A stretch of 64,000 nucleotides of DNA from the human T2T-CHM13v2.0 reference genome, Homo sapiens, in NCBI RefSeq assembly GCF_009914755.1, contig NC_060931.1; one strand, written 5' to 3'. The notes under the pieces were generated by a model. That model made no database searches and was not told where the DNA came from. It saw nothing but the letters and a program-made list of their open reading frames with translations. A program made the translations under genes and the position numbers. This document shows, one piece after another, positions 1-18,668 of this stretch (the stretch's first letter is position 1; each line of letters begins with the position of its first letter).

Positions 1-195
1 ATTCTCCTGCCTCAGGCCTCCAAGTAGCTGAGACTACAGGTGCGCGCCACCACGCCCAGCTGATTTTTGTATTTTTAGTAGAGACGGGGTTCCACCATGT
101 AGGTCAGGCTGGTCTCGAACTCCTGACCTCAGGCGATCTGCCGGCCTTGGCCTCCCAAAGTACTGGGATTACAGGTGTGAGCCCCTGCAGCAGCC
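1..195 (-). mobile_element. AluS (cut by window edge)
   Basis: Antisense Alu consensus. Confidence 0.9.
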
Positions 196-779
196 ACTTT
201 CAAATTTAACTTTAAAAATACAGTTTTCATTGTATTTAATTTGGGGGGATGCCTTCTGTTTGTGACCAGTGATGCTGTTTTTCTGTTTAGTGATGAAAGA
301 TTTCCCCTTAAGATAAATATATTTAGGTTAAAAAGAGTCTTTTTGGCAAGACTAACACAATAGTTGATTGTATCATTTGTATGGTACCAAGTAGTAGTTC
401 ATTATGCCGTTATGTTTTATTACTGAGCCAGTTGATGTCTTAGTTGGTGTCTGCAAAATTTCTCCCCTTTAAATTTTCTGTCTTTCCCTTGTTAATTGAT
501 CTATATCTTGAGAGATACTTTGAGACTAGGCAAATCCTGTTTCTCCTCAAACTTTTGCCCACTAATTTTAGCATACATTAGTAGATCTTGTCTGCAGTGT
601 TTTTCTGTTTTCTGCTTTTCTCTTTCCTTCTACATTTTTAAACTGGATTCTGTGAGGAAAAGAGTTTTCTTTTCCTTGTTTATTGATTTGGTTATTTATG
701 TAAGTATTGAGTCCATGATGCGTGTTTGTGCGTATAATCCTATGGATTAAAATCTAATGCTATCCTTATTTCGTAACCT

Positions 780-1130
780 TACTGTAATCATGAGAGTATT
801 GGAAAAACCCAAATTGAGGGACAGCATCCAGGACATGAAAGATGAAGATAAGAACTCTATAAGATTGGAGGAAGATTAAGAAGAAATAGTACCTAAATAT
901 AATGTGGGGTCCTGGATAGGATTCTAGAACAGATAAACAGCATCAGTGGGAAAATTGGTGGATTTCTAATTAAGTTTGTAGATTAGTTAATGTTATTGTA
1001 TCAGTGTTAATTTCCTGTGGATAATTGTATCTGCTTAATGTAGAAGTGAGTAAGACATATGGGATAAGGGAAATTGTACCATTTTTGTAGCTTTTCTTTG
1101 TCTAAAATTAGTTTCTAAAAGTTTAAAAAA
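780..1130 (+). mobile_element. Old L1 (L1MC/ME-type) 3' UTR fragment
   Basis: aatgtggggtcctggataggattctagaacag...gtatcagtgttaatttcct. Confidence 0.6.
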
Positions 1131-1270
1131 TTAAAGAATATTAAGTAAACAATCATGAATCATTTTAATTAAGTTTAAAACAATATTTTTTCTGCTGTTG
1201 GACATGTGATGAAGGTTTTTTATGTGAAATTTTCTTTGATAGAAAGTATCTGGAGGATTAATTTCTTTGA

Positions 1271-1580
1271 TTTTACTTTTTTTTTTTTTTTGAGACAGGG
1301 TCTCGCTTTGTGACTCCAGCAAGAGTGCAGTGGCACAATCTCGGCTCACTGCAGCCTCAGCCTCCCCAGTTCAAGTGATCTTTCTGCCTCAACCCCCAAG
1401 TAGCTGGGACTGCAGGCATGCACCACCATGCCTTGCTAATTTGTTTTGTATTTTTTGTGGAGATAGGGTTTCACCATGTAGCCCAGGCTGGTCTCATACT
1501 CCTGAGCTCAAGTGATCTGCCCTCCATGGCCTTCCAAAGTGCTCGGATTATAGCCATGAGCCATTGCGCCAAGTCTGGCT
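1271..1580 (-). mobile_element. AluJ-like
   Basis: Antisense Alu with T-tail. Confidence 0.88.
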
Positions 1581-1611
1581 TTACATTTTGGCAATTAGAA
1601 ACTTGATTCTA

Positions 1612-1905
1612 GGCCAAGCATGGTGTCTCATGTCTGTAATCCCAGCAGTTCGGGAGGCCAAGGCGGGCAGATCACTTGAGGCCAGGAGTTCGAGACCAGC
1701 CTGGCCAATGTGGCGAAAACCCGTCTCTACTAAAAATACAAGTTAGCCAGGTGTGATGGTATGCACCCGTAGTCCCAGTTACTCGGTAGGCTGTGGCACG
1801 AGAATTGCTTGAAACCGGGAGGCAGAGGTTGCAGTGAGCCAAGATCGCCACTACACTCCAGCCCTGGGTGACAGAGCACGACTCTGTCTCAATTTAGAAA
1901 AAAAG
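1612..1905 (+). mobile_element. AluS
   Basis: Sense Alu, head-to-head with the previous one (about 30 bp apart). Confidence 0.88.
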
Positions 1906-1981
1906 GATAGAAACTTTGATTCTGAATATTGTTAGTTCATGTATCAGTGTATAATTTTAAGTTGGCTTAACTACTCTCTGA

Positions 1982-2315
<334 letters not shown>

Positions 2316-2364
2316 AAATTTATTTTTTTGTAATGATTCATATATAGTGTCTCCAATCTTGAAC

Positions 2365-2640
2365 TTTTTTTTTTTTTTTGAGACAGGATCTTGCTTTGTC
2401 ACTCAGGCTGGAGAGTGGTAGCTCAATCCTGGCTCACTGCAGCCTTGACCTCCTGGGCCTAAGTGATCCTCCCACCTCAGCCCCCTGAGTAGCTGGGACT
2501 ACGGGCACATACTGCTGCACCCAACTATTTTTAAAAAGTTTTTGTAGAGGCAGGGTCTCAAACTCCTGTGCTCAAGTGATTCTCCTGCCTTGGCTTCCCA
2601 AAGTGCAGGGATTACAGGCATGAGCCACCTTGCCCAGCCT
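2365..2640 (-). mobile_element. AluJ-like with internal deletion
   Basis: Antisense Alu. Confidence 0.85.
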
Positions 2641-2925
2641 GGACCTTTAATTTTATTTTGGATGAAATTTACAAAAATAAAATGTCCATACACTAAAGAC
2701 TGGAACAGTCTTTGGGGGAGAAGAGGGTTCTGTTTAAGTATTTTTCATTTATTTGAAGTTTTCCTTTTATTCTTTCACTTCCTTCTACAAACCAAGTCAT
2801 TTTGTTCAAAACTTAGTTTTATTTATGAAAAAAAATTTTCATCAAAGAAATTGATTTCTTCATTGAAATTTTTATTGAGATAATTGTAGATTCATATGCA
2901 GCTGTTAGAAATGATACCCAGAGAT

Positions 2926-3261
<336 letters not shown>

Positions 3262-3631
3262 TCACCCAGTTTCCTCTGGGGTAATATTTTACAAAGCTAG
3301 TAAGATGTCACAGCTAGAACTCTGACATTGGTACGGAGCACCAGTCTTACTCAACATTTCCCCAGTTTTACCTGTACTCATTTGTATATGTGAAGAAATC
3401 AGATTTTATGCTTAAAAAACTACTGAAGTACTAACTTGTATTATATCTAGTGACCTCTGGGAAACCATTTAACTTCTTGTGCCTCAGATTCTCTCATCTG
3501 ATTAAGTCAAGACAGCTTGTTTGGATGATCTTTAGGATCTTTTTTTGGGTGAAAACATTCTGTAATTTTTGTATGGGAGTTTTAAAATTGAAATTATAAC
3601 CTTACCTCCTTTTTTCTCTGTTTGGGTGTAG

Positions 3632-3685
3632 GAGGAAAAGGCTTCTCTTTTACATCGTACTCAGGAAGAAAGAAGAAAGAGAGAG
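3632..3685 (+). CDS. UBE3C: UBE3C exon 2 (EEKASLLHRTQEERRKRE)
   Basis: tgtag|GAG...GAG|gtaaaa; 54 nt, phase 0-0. Confidence 0.95.
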
Positions 3686-3974
3686 GTAAAAACAGTTTTG
3701 TAATACTCTGTAGATAAGCATTTTTTCTACAGCATTTAAACATGCCTTGGTTTTACTGTATATATGTATGTGTGTATGTATTTTTTATATATGACAGAAT
3801 GTGTGTGTATGTGTGTTTAGCTTTAGAAACATTTATTCTGGAGCCGGTGTAGAAAGAGATGGACTAAAAGGGCAGTTTCCAGACTGGAGAAGGAACATGG
3901 GCTTTTGGTTGACTTACATAATGATATGGTTTCCAGAAGATCTAGAAAGCCGTATTATAAATATAATGTTCATA

Positions 3975-4275
3975 TTTCTTTTTCTTCTCTTTTTTTTAAG
4001 ATACTGAGTCTTGCTCTGTGACCCAGGCTGGAGTGCAGTGGCAAGATCATAGCTCACTGTAGCCTTGACCTCCTGGGCTCGGTGATCTTCCTGCTCTAGC
4101 CTCCTGTAGCTGGGACTACAGGTGCATGCCACCATGCCCAGCTAATTTTTAAGATTTTTACATAGATAGGGTCTTGCTTTGCTGCCGAGGCTGATTTCAA
4201 ACTATGGCCTCATGCAATCGCCTCCCTCATTTTCCCAAAGTGTTGGGATTACAGGCGTGAACTGCCTCGTCTGGC
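3975..4275 (-). mobile_element. AluJ-like
   Basis: Antisense Alu. Confidence 0.85.
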
Positions 4276-4499
4276 TGATGATGTTGATGTTTCATGAAGC
4301 ATAAGGAGAAAGCTCACTGTTAAGACATGTGTCTTAACTGTTTGTGAAGAAGGTAAAAGAAAGACACTAATGACATTTTTATTGTTTATCCTACGTTATA
4401 TCTTGTGATAGTTTCTTTAAATAGCTTTATTTTGTTGATTAATCAGCAATTGTACTATCTTATGACCTGCTTTTTTAGGTAGAGTTTTTTGTTTTGTTA

Positions 4500-4750
4500 T
4501 TTTAACAATTCATTTAGGCCCCTGACAAATATTTATTGAGAACTTACTATGTATGTACTAGGTATTGCTCTGCTTGCTGGGTATACAGATAGTGAATAAG
4601 ACAGACAAGGTTCCTGCCGTGAACCAGGATGCTGAGGTGGTGACAAAACCTGTGAGGGCCACAGAGTAATGTGATTACAGCTGGAAGGGCCTATATTAGA
4701 GATGGTGTTTAGGGGAAGGGCTCTCTGAGGTGGTTACAGTGAAAAGAGTT
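4500..4750 (-). mobile_element. L2 3' fragment
   Basis: caaatatttattgagaacttactatgt...gtgaataagacagacaagg. Confidence 0.65.
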
Positions 4751-4754
4751 TAGG

Positions 4755-4955
4755 CAGGATTTTCCAACCTTGGTGCTGACATTTTTGAACAGATAATTCT
4801 TTGTTGGGGGGAACTGCTCTGTACATTGGAGGATGTTTAGCAACACCCATGGCCTCTACCCACTAAATGCCAGTAGCACTCCGTTACCTCAGTTGTGACA
4901 ACCAAAAATGTCACCAGAAACTACCAAATGTCCCAGGGAGGGCACTGCTCAACCA
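4755..4955. mobile_element. MER20 hAT-Charlie element
   Basis: gataattctttgttgggggg...ctacccactaaatgccagtagcac...gtgacaaccaaaaatgtc. Confidence 0.8.
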
Positions 4956-5088
4956 AGAAAGATATTTGTTGGTTGGTGTTTTTAATCTTGTTTTATGGAA
5001 AATTCTCGGCCATTATCTCTTCCATTAGTGCTTTTGCTTCATTCTTCTCCTCCTCTCCTACTTGGACGCAAACTGTAAATGTTTTTGA

Positions 5089-5518
<430 letters not shown>

Positions 5519-5519
5519 T

Positions 5520-7068
<1,549 letters not shown>

Positions 7069-7195
7069 TAACCATTTCAAGCCCAGGAACTACATCTACA
7101 TGACCTGATGGTGTTCTTGAATCCCACAGTGTGTGTGTTAGTCTCAGCTTTGTAGATGGCATTCATAGAAGACATGAAACAAGGTAGTATGGTGA

Positions 7196-7657
<462 letters not shown>

Positions 7658-7891
7658 TAAAGTGCCTCTCATAGGGCTGGCACATAGTAGTAGGCTGTCC
7701 AACAGCAGTAGCACTGGTCATAACAATGATGAAGAACGCATATTTTTGCCAGGTCGCTGAACATTTTAAAGATACTCTCAAGTCAATGAAAATTGGAATT
7801 TTCTCTTGAAACAAGAAAGTGACCTTTAAAATAGATGCTGGTGTTGTCTGCTTGTATTCCTTTAATATTTAAAACTTTAAAAAGTCCTGCT

Positions 7892-8177
<286 letters not shown>

Positions 8178-8179
8178 CT

Positions 8180-8790
8180 ACTATGCTGGTGAGATTGTAA
8201 AATGGTATTGCCATTTTGGAAAACAGTGTGGCAATTCCTCAATGATAACTCTACTTCTAGGTTTATGCTCAAGAGAAATGAAAACCTGTATCCACAACAA
8301 AACTTATATATGAATGTTCATAGCAGCCTTAATTCATAATAGACCAAAGTGGGAGCAGCCCAGATGTCCATCAGTAGATGAATGGAGGAATTCAACGTGG
8401 TCCATCCATACAATGGAACATTACTCTTACTTAGCCTTAAAAAGGAATGAAGTTCTCACATATGCTGTAACATAGGTGGATCTTGAAAACATCATGCTAA
8501 GTGAAGAAAACCAGACACAGCATATTGTATGATTCCATTATATGAAGTGTCCAGAATAAGCACATCCATAAGATAGAAGTAGATGAGTGATTGCCAGGGG
8601 CAAGAGAAGGGACGGCAGGAAACGGGGGGTGACTGCGAATGGAGACGGGGCTTCTGGTTGTGGTGATGAAGGTATTCTAAGATCAGTGGTGATGGTTGCA
8701 TAGCTCTTAATATATTAAATGCATATTTAGTGGGTGTTACCTTTTAAAGAATGAATTTTATGGTATGTGAATTACATAGCTGTTAGTGTT
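8180..8790 (+). mobile_element. L1MB/ME-type 3' end
   Basis: ttttggaaaacagtgtggcaattcctc...tccatacaatggaacatta...tgtatgattccatt. Confidence 0.75.
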
Positions 8791-8869
8791 TTTAAAGTCT
8801 TTACTAGCAAAATGTCATTTTCACTGGATTCTGACCAATTGCTCCCTCACTCCTCCTTTTATTGTTTAG

Positions 8870-8944
8870 GAAGAAAGGCGAAGGTTGAAAAATGCAATAA
8901 TTATCCAGTCATTTATTCGAGGCTATAGAGACAGAAAACAGCAA
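8870..8944 (+). CDS. UBE3C: UBE3C exon 3, IQ motif (EERRRLKNAIIIQSFIRGYRDRKQQ)
   Basis: tttag|GAA...CAA|gtaagt; 75 nt; IQxxxRGxxxR motif. Confidence 0.96.
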
Positions 8945-9120
8945 GTAAGTTTGTTTTAAAATGAGGAGATTAGTAGGGCATGGGAGAGCTTATTTTAAAT
9001 ATGGTATCTTTGTACACCTTGTTAATTGAAGTCAATGCTGACAGTAGTATTCTTCCCAATAAATAATTTTATTTGTTCTAATTATTGTGAAGATTTATAG
9101 ATAGGTGAGTTTTTAGGTAA

Positions 9121-9940
<820 letters not shown>

Positions 9941-10125
9941 TTTTTTTTTTTTTTTTCTTTTTAACCATTTTTTTTCTACAATTCAACTGTGAGCAAGGAC
10001 CGATAATGGTGTTTTCGTTGTCAATTTCCACCATTCCTGTAAACACAGCAACGTATATTTACATCATAAGAATTGTGTGTCCAAATACTATATTTATGGG
10101 TCATTTTGTTTTGTTTTTCTTCCAG

Positions 10126-10272
10126 TATTCCATCCAAAGAAGTGCATTTGATCGCTGTGCTACCTTGTCACAGTCCGGGGGCGCTTTTCCCATTGCTAAT
10201 GGCCCCAACCTTACCCTTTTGGTAAGGCAGCTTCTGTTTTTTTACAAACAAAATGAAGACTCAAAACGTTTG
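10126..10272 (+). CDS. UBE3C: UBE3C exon 4 (YSIQRSAFDRC...NEDSKRL)
   Basis: ttccag|TAT...TTG|gtgagt; 147 nt; inside ORF 9922..10332. Confidence 0.96.
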
Positions 10273-10669
10273 GTGAGTGTTAACTACATTTTCACTTGTC
10301 CTCGTTTACACGTGTTCTGCTTTTTTGTTTAAAGTGGAAATGGCTTCTCATCAGAAAGTTAAACAGCTCTCCACTGCATCCAGGCTTTGCAAACTTCTCA
10401 GCTAGCTGTGAGAGGTTACCTATGTGGTGATGTGTTTTACCTCTTAAAATTTGATACACATAAAAATGTGTATCCAAAAATAGGCTTTTTCGTATTTTTT
10501 GCAGTGGAAAACCTTAAGCATTTAAAAAGCAGAATATTTTGCCCACCTATCATGTACCCTGACACAGCCTTAGCAGTTGCCAGCACGCCTAGGTCAGTGG
10601 GACGTGCACCCTGAATACCACATCATGATTACTTGCAAACTCTAAAATACAAGGTCTCAGTGTTTACAT

Positions 10670-11250
<581 letters not shown>

Positions 11251-11378
11251 TAGGGTCTCATGTTTTTAAAAAAAATCCCAAATGTAATCGTAGTTCTCTA
11301 AAATTTTGTAGGCTGTTGATCTTATCAGTGCTGAGGAACAGTGTGTATTAATGGTGGAAAATACAACCAGATGCATAG

Positions 11379-12155
<777 letters not shown>

Positions 12156-12911
12156 GGTTAAATATATAATTTATTTTTGGAAATTTTTGTTTATCTGTGT
12201 TAAAAATTTCAAATTGCATGAAAGGGGAGTATACAGTGAAAAATAAGTCTTCCTCGCTACAAACCATCCCTACTAGAATGATCCTACTTGAATTAATTAC
12301 AGCGGACAAAGGAATACATGATTATTCCTCTAGTGTTTGGCTTTAAAACCCAGCATTGCCTCCAGAGTTGAGCTAAGGTGGAACATGGTGAAGACTTTCT
12401 GTAAACCGAGAACGTGCAGAGAAGGAACTGAGAGCCAGTCTAGAGAGGCAGTGAAAGCCGTTGAATCTACCCATTCTGGACTTCAGTTAAGTGCAGGCTC
12501 TTTCCAGGCTTGCTTTCTGAAGTTGTTGAAAAAAAGAATCAGAATAGTACAACGGCAGATAATCGGGCTTGCTTTCTGGAACAGGATGTCCTGGCCTCAC
12601 ATACTCTAATCTTGTAGATTACAAGATCACCAAGGAGCACAGACAGGCAGGTGCTGTGAGATGTCGATTGGTGTCTCTCCAGAGCACCTATTGCCTTTGA
12701 GTGAGGTCCTCAATCTTAGTCATCAGTCACGACATGGTGTAGCTACACAGTCTTGCTTCAGAAGCCATCTGTGAAAAGCTTGGAGGTAAATGAACATATT
12801 TGACTTTCGGCCTCGAGCAAATATCAAGCAAATTGCTCATGTGCAGATTCTGAAACCTGAAATAGAATTAAATGTCATAAGACCAGTCCAGGAAAAGGAT
12901 AAAAGAAAAGT

Positions 12912-13177
12912 GGGCTGGACACAGTGGCTCAGGCCTGTAATACCAACACTTTGTGGGGCTGAGGTGGGAGGATCCCTTCAGGCCAGGAGTTTGAGACCAG
13001 CCTGGCCAAAATACCAGACCCCACCTGTAAAACAAAGCAAAAAATAAATTAGCTGGCTGCGGTAGCTTGCTGCTGTAGTCCAGCTACTTAGGAGGCTGAG
13101 GCAGGAGGATCGTTTGAGCCCAGGTATTCAAGGCTGCAGTGAGCTATGATCCTGCGACTGCACTCCAGCCTGGGCGG
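12912..13177 (+). mobile_element. AluJ-like
   Basis: Sense Alu. Confidence 0.85.
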
Positions 13178-13897
13178 TTGAATGTTGATTCAGTTCTCAA
13201 GCATAGATGCGATAGCAATAAATTAATCTTAACGTAGGGGAAAATGTCTCCTGCCCCAGTCTTCACATTGTTTGCCTTCTACTCTAGGAGTAAGCATAAT
13301 GCCACTTTTGATGGGTTTTCAAAGTTATTCTATGCAAAAATCAACATATATGGCTATTTCTTCCTCACCTCCTTTTTAAAAAATTTTTCTTACGACTTTA
13401 AGTCAAATATGGTACTAAGATTATATTTTATGTATAGTTTAATTCTGGAATTAATTGCCTCACTTTTTAGTTGCTTAATTTTCTTTGAATCTTTTGATAA
13501 AGTCTTCTTCCAACAGTCCTATTATATAATGTATAGTTATTTTACATCTTATTTGTTAACTGATAATAGAAATTTTAGGACGAACTACATGTCAGATGGT
13601 GAAGGGAGTATTCATACCTTATTCATTCCTGAGAAAATGTGGGCAAGGTGGCTCCAAACACCTCAAGAGAAAGCCTGTGTGTAGGCAAATTAACTAATAT
13701 TCGGAGTAGTTCAGAATTATTTCATCCCAGTTTAAGACATGCGCTAATTTATTATGCAGAGTGCTTTTGTGTTGGTAATTTCATTGTTTAATAACGTTTT
13801 ATGGCAAAGAAATGTTAATGTCGAAGAAACTACTTAAAAATATAGGCAAAGACAAGGCTATGTGGCGTATTTATGACTAGCTACACTTAAGAGGCTA

Positions 13898-14095
<198 letters not shown>

Positions 14096-14274
14096 TTATG
14101 CCTAATATATGAGAAATACCGTATTTCTCATATATTTTTATTACAGATTTCTGATATTTGCAAGTGAACTATTTTTGTTTCAGATTGACATGAGCTTTAA
14201 GTGTACTTTGTTTTAGTTACTAATTTAGTAATTTAATACTGATGTGTTATTTTAAGATTGAAAATGCAAATACT

Positions 14275-14563
14275 TTTGTTTTTTTGGAGACAGGGTCTCT
14301 CTCTCTCTCGCCCAGGCAGTGCAGTGGCTTGATGTTGGCTCACTGCAACCTCCACCCACACCCCGCAAGTTCAAGTGATCCTCCCATCTCAGCCTCTCGA
14401 ATAGCTGGGACTACCGATGTGTGCCACCACGCTCGGCTAATTTTTGTATTTTTTTGTAGAGACAGGGTTTCACCATGTTGGCCAGGCTGGTCTTGAACTG
14501 GACCTCAGGTGATCTGCCTGCCTCAGCCTCCCAAAGTTACAGACGTGAACCACTGTGCCTGGC
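14275..14563 (-). mobile_element. Alu (J/S)
   Basis: Antisense Alu. Confidence 0.85.
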
Positions 14564-14739
14564 TGGAAAATGCACATACCTCTAAATAAAACCGACTTAG
14601 AATATTTACTTCTTAACCATCTTTTGATTAGGTTTGATTAAATGTGCATTGCCACTAAAGGAAATTTGGGGTATTATGTAAATTAGCAAACTATTAAATT
14701 TTCATTGAGAGTTGTATATTTTATGTTTTGCTGTTTCAG

Positions 14740-14855
14740 ATATGGCTGTATCAGAACTTAATTAAACACAGCTCTCTGTTTGTCAAGCAGTTGGATGGAT
14801 CTGAGAGACTTACATGCTTATTTCAGATAAAAAGATTGATGAGCCTCTGTTGCAG
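14740..14855 (+). CDS. UBE3C: UBE3C exon 5 (IWLYQNLIKH...MSLCCR)
   Basis: tttcag|ATA...AG|gtaaaa; 116 nt. Confidence 0.95.
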
Positions 14856-15679
14856 GTAAAATTCTATTGTAAGTCAGTAACGTATATAATGTATTGATCA
14901 CCTTGTCTAGGGGAACACCTTTTGACTTTTATTTTCAGAGACAGTGGCTTTTCCATACTTTTTTTTTTTTTTTTTTTTTGAGGTCATGGACTTCTGTATA
15001 TATTACAATTTTTACTGTAGGTGATTCAGGCCGGCATGAGGTATAAATGAAGACACATATTCAGTATCTTTCAGATGACTTTTTCTTTCACGGATGCCTT
15101 TGAATTATCTTGTGAATGATGGCCATCCTGGTTACTGGAGAATGGAAGGCCAGCCAAAAGAGGACTCCTGATGTGTGAGAATGATTCCATTCCATAGGGG
15201 TCTCCACCAAAATGCAGTTTGAAAGCCCCATCTTTAGAATACACCTTTCATCAGGCTTTTTATTATTTATGTAGGAACGCAGCATAAGCCACTGCCGTGA
15301 CTTTCTTGCATTCAGTGTCCGAAAGAACACGTGTAAGTGATGTGAGTTACATTACCTGAATATAACACCTTTACCAGCTTTTAATAAATTGCTTATATCT
15401 CAACTGTAGTAAAATTTTCAAATGATCCTGAGCCTTCCATATAATTTCACTTAATTTTCTGGACACTGTCTGTAATATTTGTTTAGGATTACTGTCAGAA
15501 CTAGTCTTTATTAACTGATTTTTCCAAAATACTTAGCTGGACCAAAGGTAGGAATAAAGAACCTATTAGAAGAGAGAACCAAGAGGATCCTAGATGCCAG
15601 TAATTCATATTTTTTCTAACTTATTTCTTTAATAAACTTTTAGTTTGAAAAACACATTGTATACATTCTTTTTGTGAAG

Positions 15680-15880
15680 CAGGAGTTTGCAAACTTTTTA
15701 TGTAAATGGCGAGATAGCAAATATTTTAGGGTTTGTGGTCCACATATGGTCTCTATTATGTATTTTTCTTGCCTTTTGCTTACAACTCTTTAAAAATAAA
15801 GGAATCATGCTTCACTCAACAGCCGTACAAAAAACAGCCCTAGGGCTGGTTTGGCCTGTGGGTTGTAGTTTGCAAAACAC
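15680..15880. mobile_element. MER58-family hAT element
   Basis: gcaaactttttatgtaaatggcgagatagcaaatattttagg...gtagtttgcaaa. Confidence 0.65.
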
Positions 15881-16082
15881 CTTTAACGTAACTTTTGAAT
15901 GTATTTGTATAAGCAAATAATTTTGATACATGATATATGTAAATATAATTATTCTTTTCCCAACTTTTATTTTTAAAAATTTCTAATACCAGAAACACCT
16001 GAAGCCCAGGAGTTCGAGGCTGCAGTGAGCTGTGATTGTGCTACTGAACTCCAGTTTGGGCAGCAGAGCAAGACCATGTTTC

Positions 16083-16447
<365 letters not shown>

Positions 16448-18510
16448 TAATCTCAGTAAGGTCTCATGTATTTTTTAAAATACAGTGTGTGACAGATGAC
16501 TTTTAATGGTCTGCTTATAGGTAGAGAGCACCCTGTAAGCAGCCCGTTTTTCTTGGCTTGGCCTCATTTGTATTTTGAGAGATCTTTGTTTTCTGTGAGG
16601 TCACAAAGCCTTAAGTGCTCTCTCTGCCCCAGGCCTGGGGCTGTTTTCTCTAAGGAGCACTGATTCTTTTTGATGAGAAATGGAATTTTAACAAAATGTA
16701 AATGTTAGAAATTGTACTTCAAGTGTATGTTAGTAAGTCGACAGTCTTATCTGCCACGTGCCAGAACATTGAATTTTTCTTTTTCTGTAAATGTGGCCTT
16801 CCAGAACCACCTGCAGCTCCTTTTATGACTAATCACATACATATTTTTTAATGCCGTTGAACATTTCTGAAGTCATGGAATCACTGGGTCACATAGTAGT
16901 TATATATTTCACTTTAGAAGAAACTACCAAACTTAGGACAGCAGCATAGGAGAGGCGCAGTTCCTCCATATCCTGAACCCTTGGTATTGACATTTGTCAA
17001 AACCCAGCCATTCTGATGGGTGTGTAGCTGTATTTTATTGTGATTGGAATTTGTATTTCCTGGATTACTAATGATGACGGGTGTTTCTCAGGAGCATACT
17101 GGTCACTCAGATGGCTCTTTTTCAAGAGTCTGTTCAAATCTTTTACTTCATTTTTTAAGGTGGGTTGTCTCTTGACAATATGGATATCCTTTTCCCGTCC
17201 AAGGCTGTCCCGATAAACCTGGAGCTACATCCTATGTTGTCTCTCACACGAGGCACCGTTCCAGCACTTCTCTCTGTTGCATTATCAGGTTTACCTCTCA
17301 CATGGGATTATCAGCACACATGCTGCTGACTTTTCCAGGTTGACAAGAGGCTCTCCCACCGCCCGCCGCTGCCCTTTGCGTCCCAGCGGCTTGTTATGTG
17401 TAGCCCCGCTCCTCCTGCACTCGTACACCCCTCGAGAGACACCAGTGTGGTGCTGAGGGGAAAGTTGTGAAAAGGGCAAAGACAAAACAAGGTCTGGCTG
17501 GGTGTCCTGCCCAGCCTGCCCGCTGGGTCCTCACCCCCTGTCTCTCCTGGGCTTTGCGGCTGTTGAGACAGAAGGCAGCCTGCAGTAAGCGGATAAGCCG
17601 TGTAGACACACCCCACCCAGAACCCTGCACGTTATTCCCCTCCTGGCAGGGCAGAAGGCTTTTGTCACATAGAGAAGTTAGTTTCAGTGAGGCATTGAAA
17701 CAGCCTCCTGGGTCCCTCATTAAAGGTGATGTGTGGTCAGATGGATTCTGTTTTTTTTTTTTTTTAAGAAAAAGGAAAAACAGCTGTAAAATACCTTGTG
17801 AAAGCAACAGGAGAAATCTAAAAATAAGTTCGGTGTTAGACAAAGTTTTTGATAGAAAAAAGGATTGGGGTGGGGGGAAAGAGGGAGGAGTGGACTAGAG
17901 ACAGCCAAGAAGAAACTTTCGGGAGTGGCAGATGTGCTCTGTGTCTTGATTGGTGCGGCCTGCCCGACTGCTTGTGCTGCCCTCTCTAAACGGATAGTTA
18001 ACCTGCAGTTCTTCTCATAGTAAGAAGGGAAGCCTCAGTCAAAATGAGAGTTGACTTAGGACCAGAAATATATCATTGTTCTATTTGGGGGATATTGCAG
18101 GCGTGGAAAGTCTCAAAAGCATCTTTAAGGAGATGAGATGCACTGTTAAAGAGATTCGTATCTGAGTTTAATTAAATGCAGCTTCTTGGTACAATTCATG
18201 GATTATAATACTTCTTACAGTGTTTTGTAATCTTTAATTTTTCGTGTTCATTTCTCCACTGTCCATTTTTCTTGTCTGTGAACTTAGTGCCAGCATACCG
18301 TTTGGCACATAACGAGAATTCTTTTAAAAACTGTCTGAATGACTGAATGTTAGTTGGATGATTTCCCTGTCTATCTGTAAGATGTCCCTATTTTCAGAGA
18401 TAATCTTGTACTGGAATAGTTTCTTAACCATTGTCACTGAGAGTAACTTGGGGAAACTGGTGACATTTTGCCATCCTGTAAGTGTGTGAATACTTTTTTC
18501 ATTTTTACAG

Positions 18511-18668
18511 GTTGCTGCAAAACTGTAATGATGACAGTTTGAATGTTGCACTTCCAATGAGAATGCTTGAAGTATTTTCGTCTGAGAATACTTACTTGCC
18601 TGTTTTACAAGATGCTAGCTATGTGGTGTCAGTGATTGAACAAATTTTGCACTACATGATTCACAATG
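18511..18668 (+). CDS. UBE3C: UBE3C exon 6 (LLQNCNDD...HYMIHNG)
   Basis: ttacag|G...AATG|gtaagt; 158 nt. Confidence 0.96.

Noticed and set aside
4319-4338. Short palindromes (gttaagaca-tg-tgtcttaac; also 38768-38795)
   Set aside because: 9-11 bp AT-rich arms with no associated feature; compatible with chance or local template switching
17291-17908. Overlapping 100-150 aa ORFs in a moderately GC-rich patch
   Set aside because: No recognisable protein, no splice support, and the frames run through a T/A homopolymer
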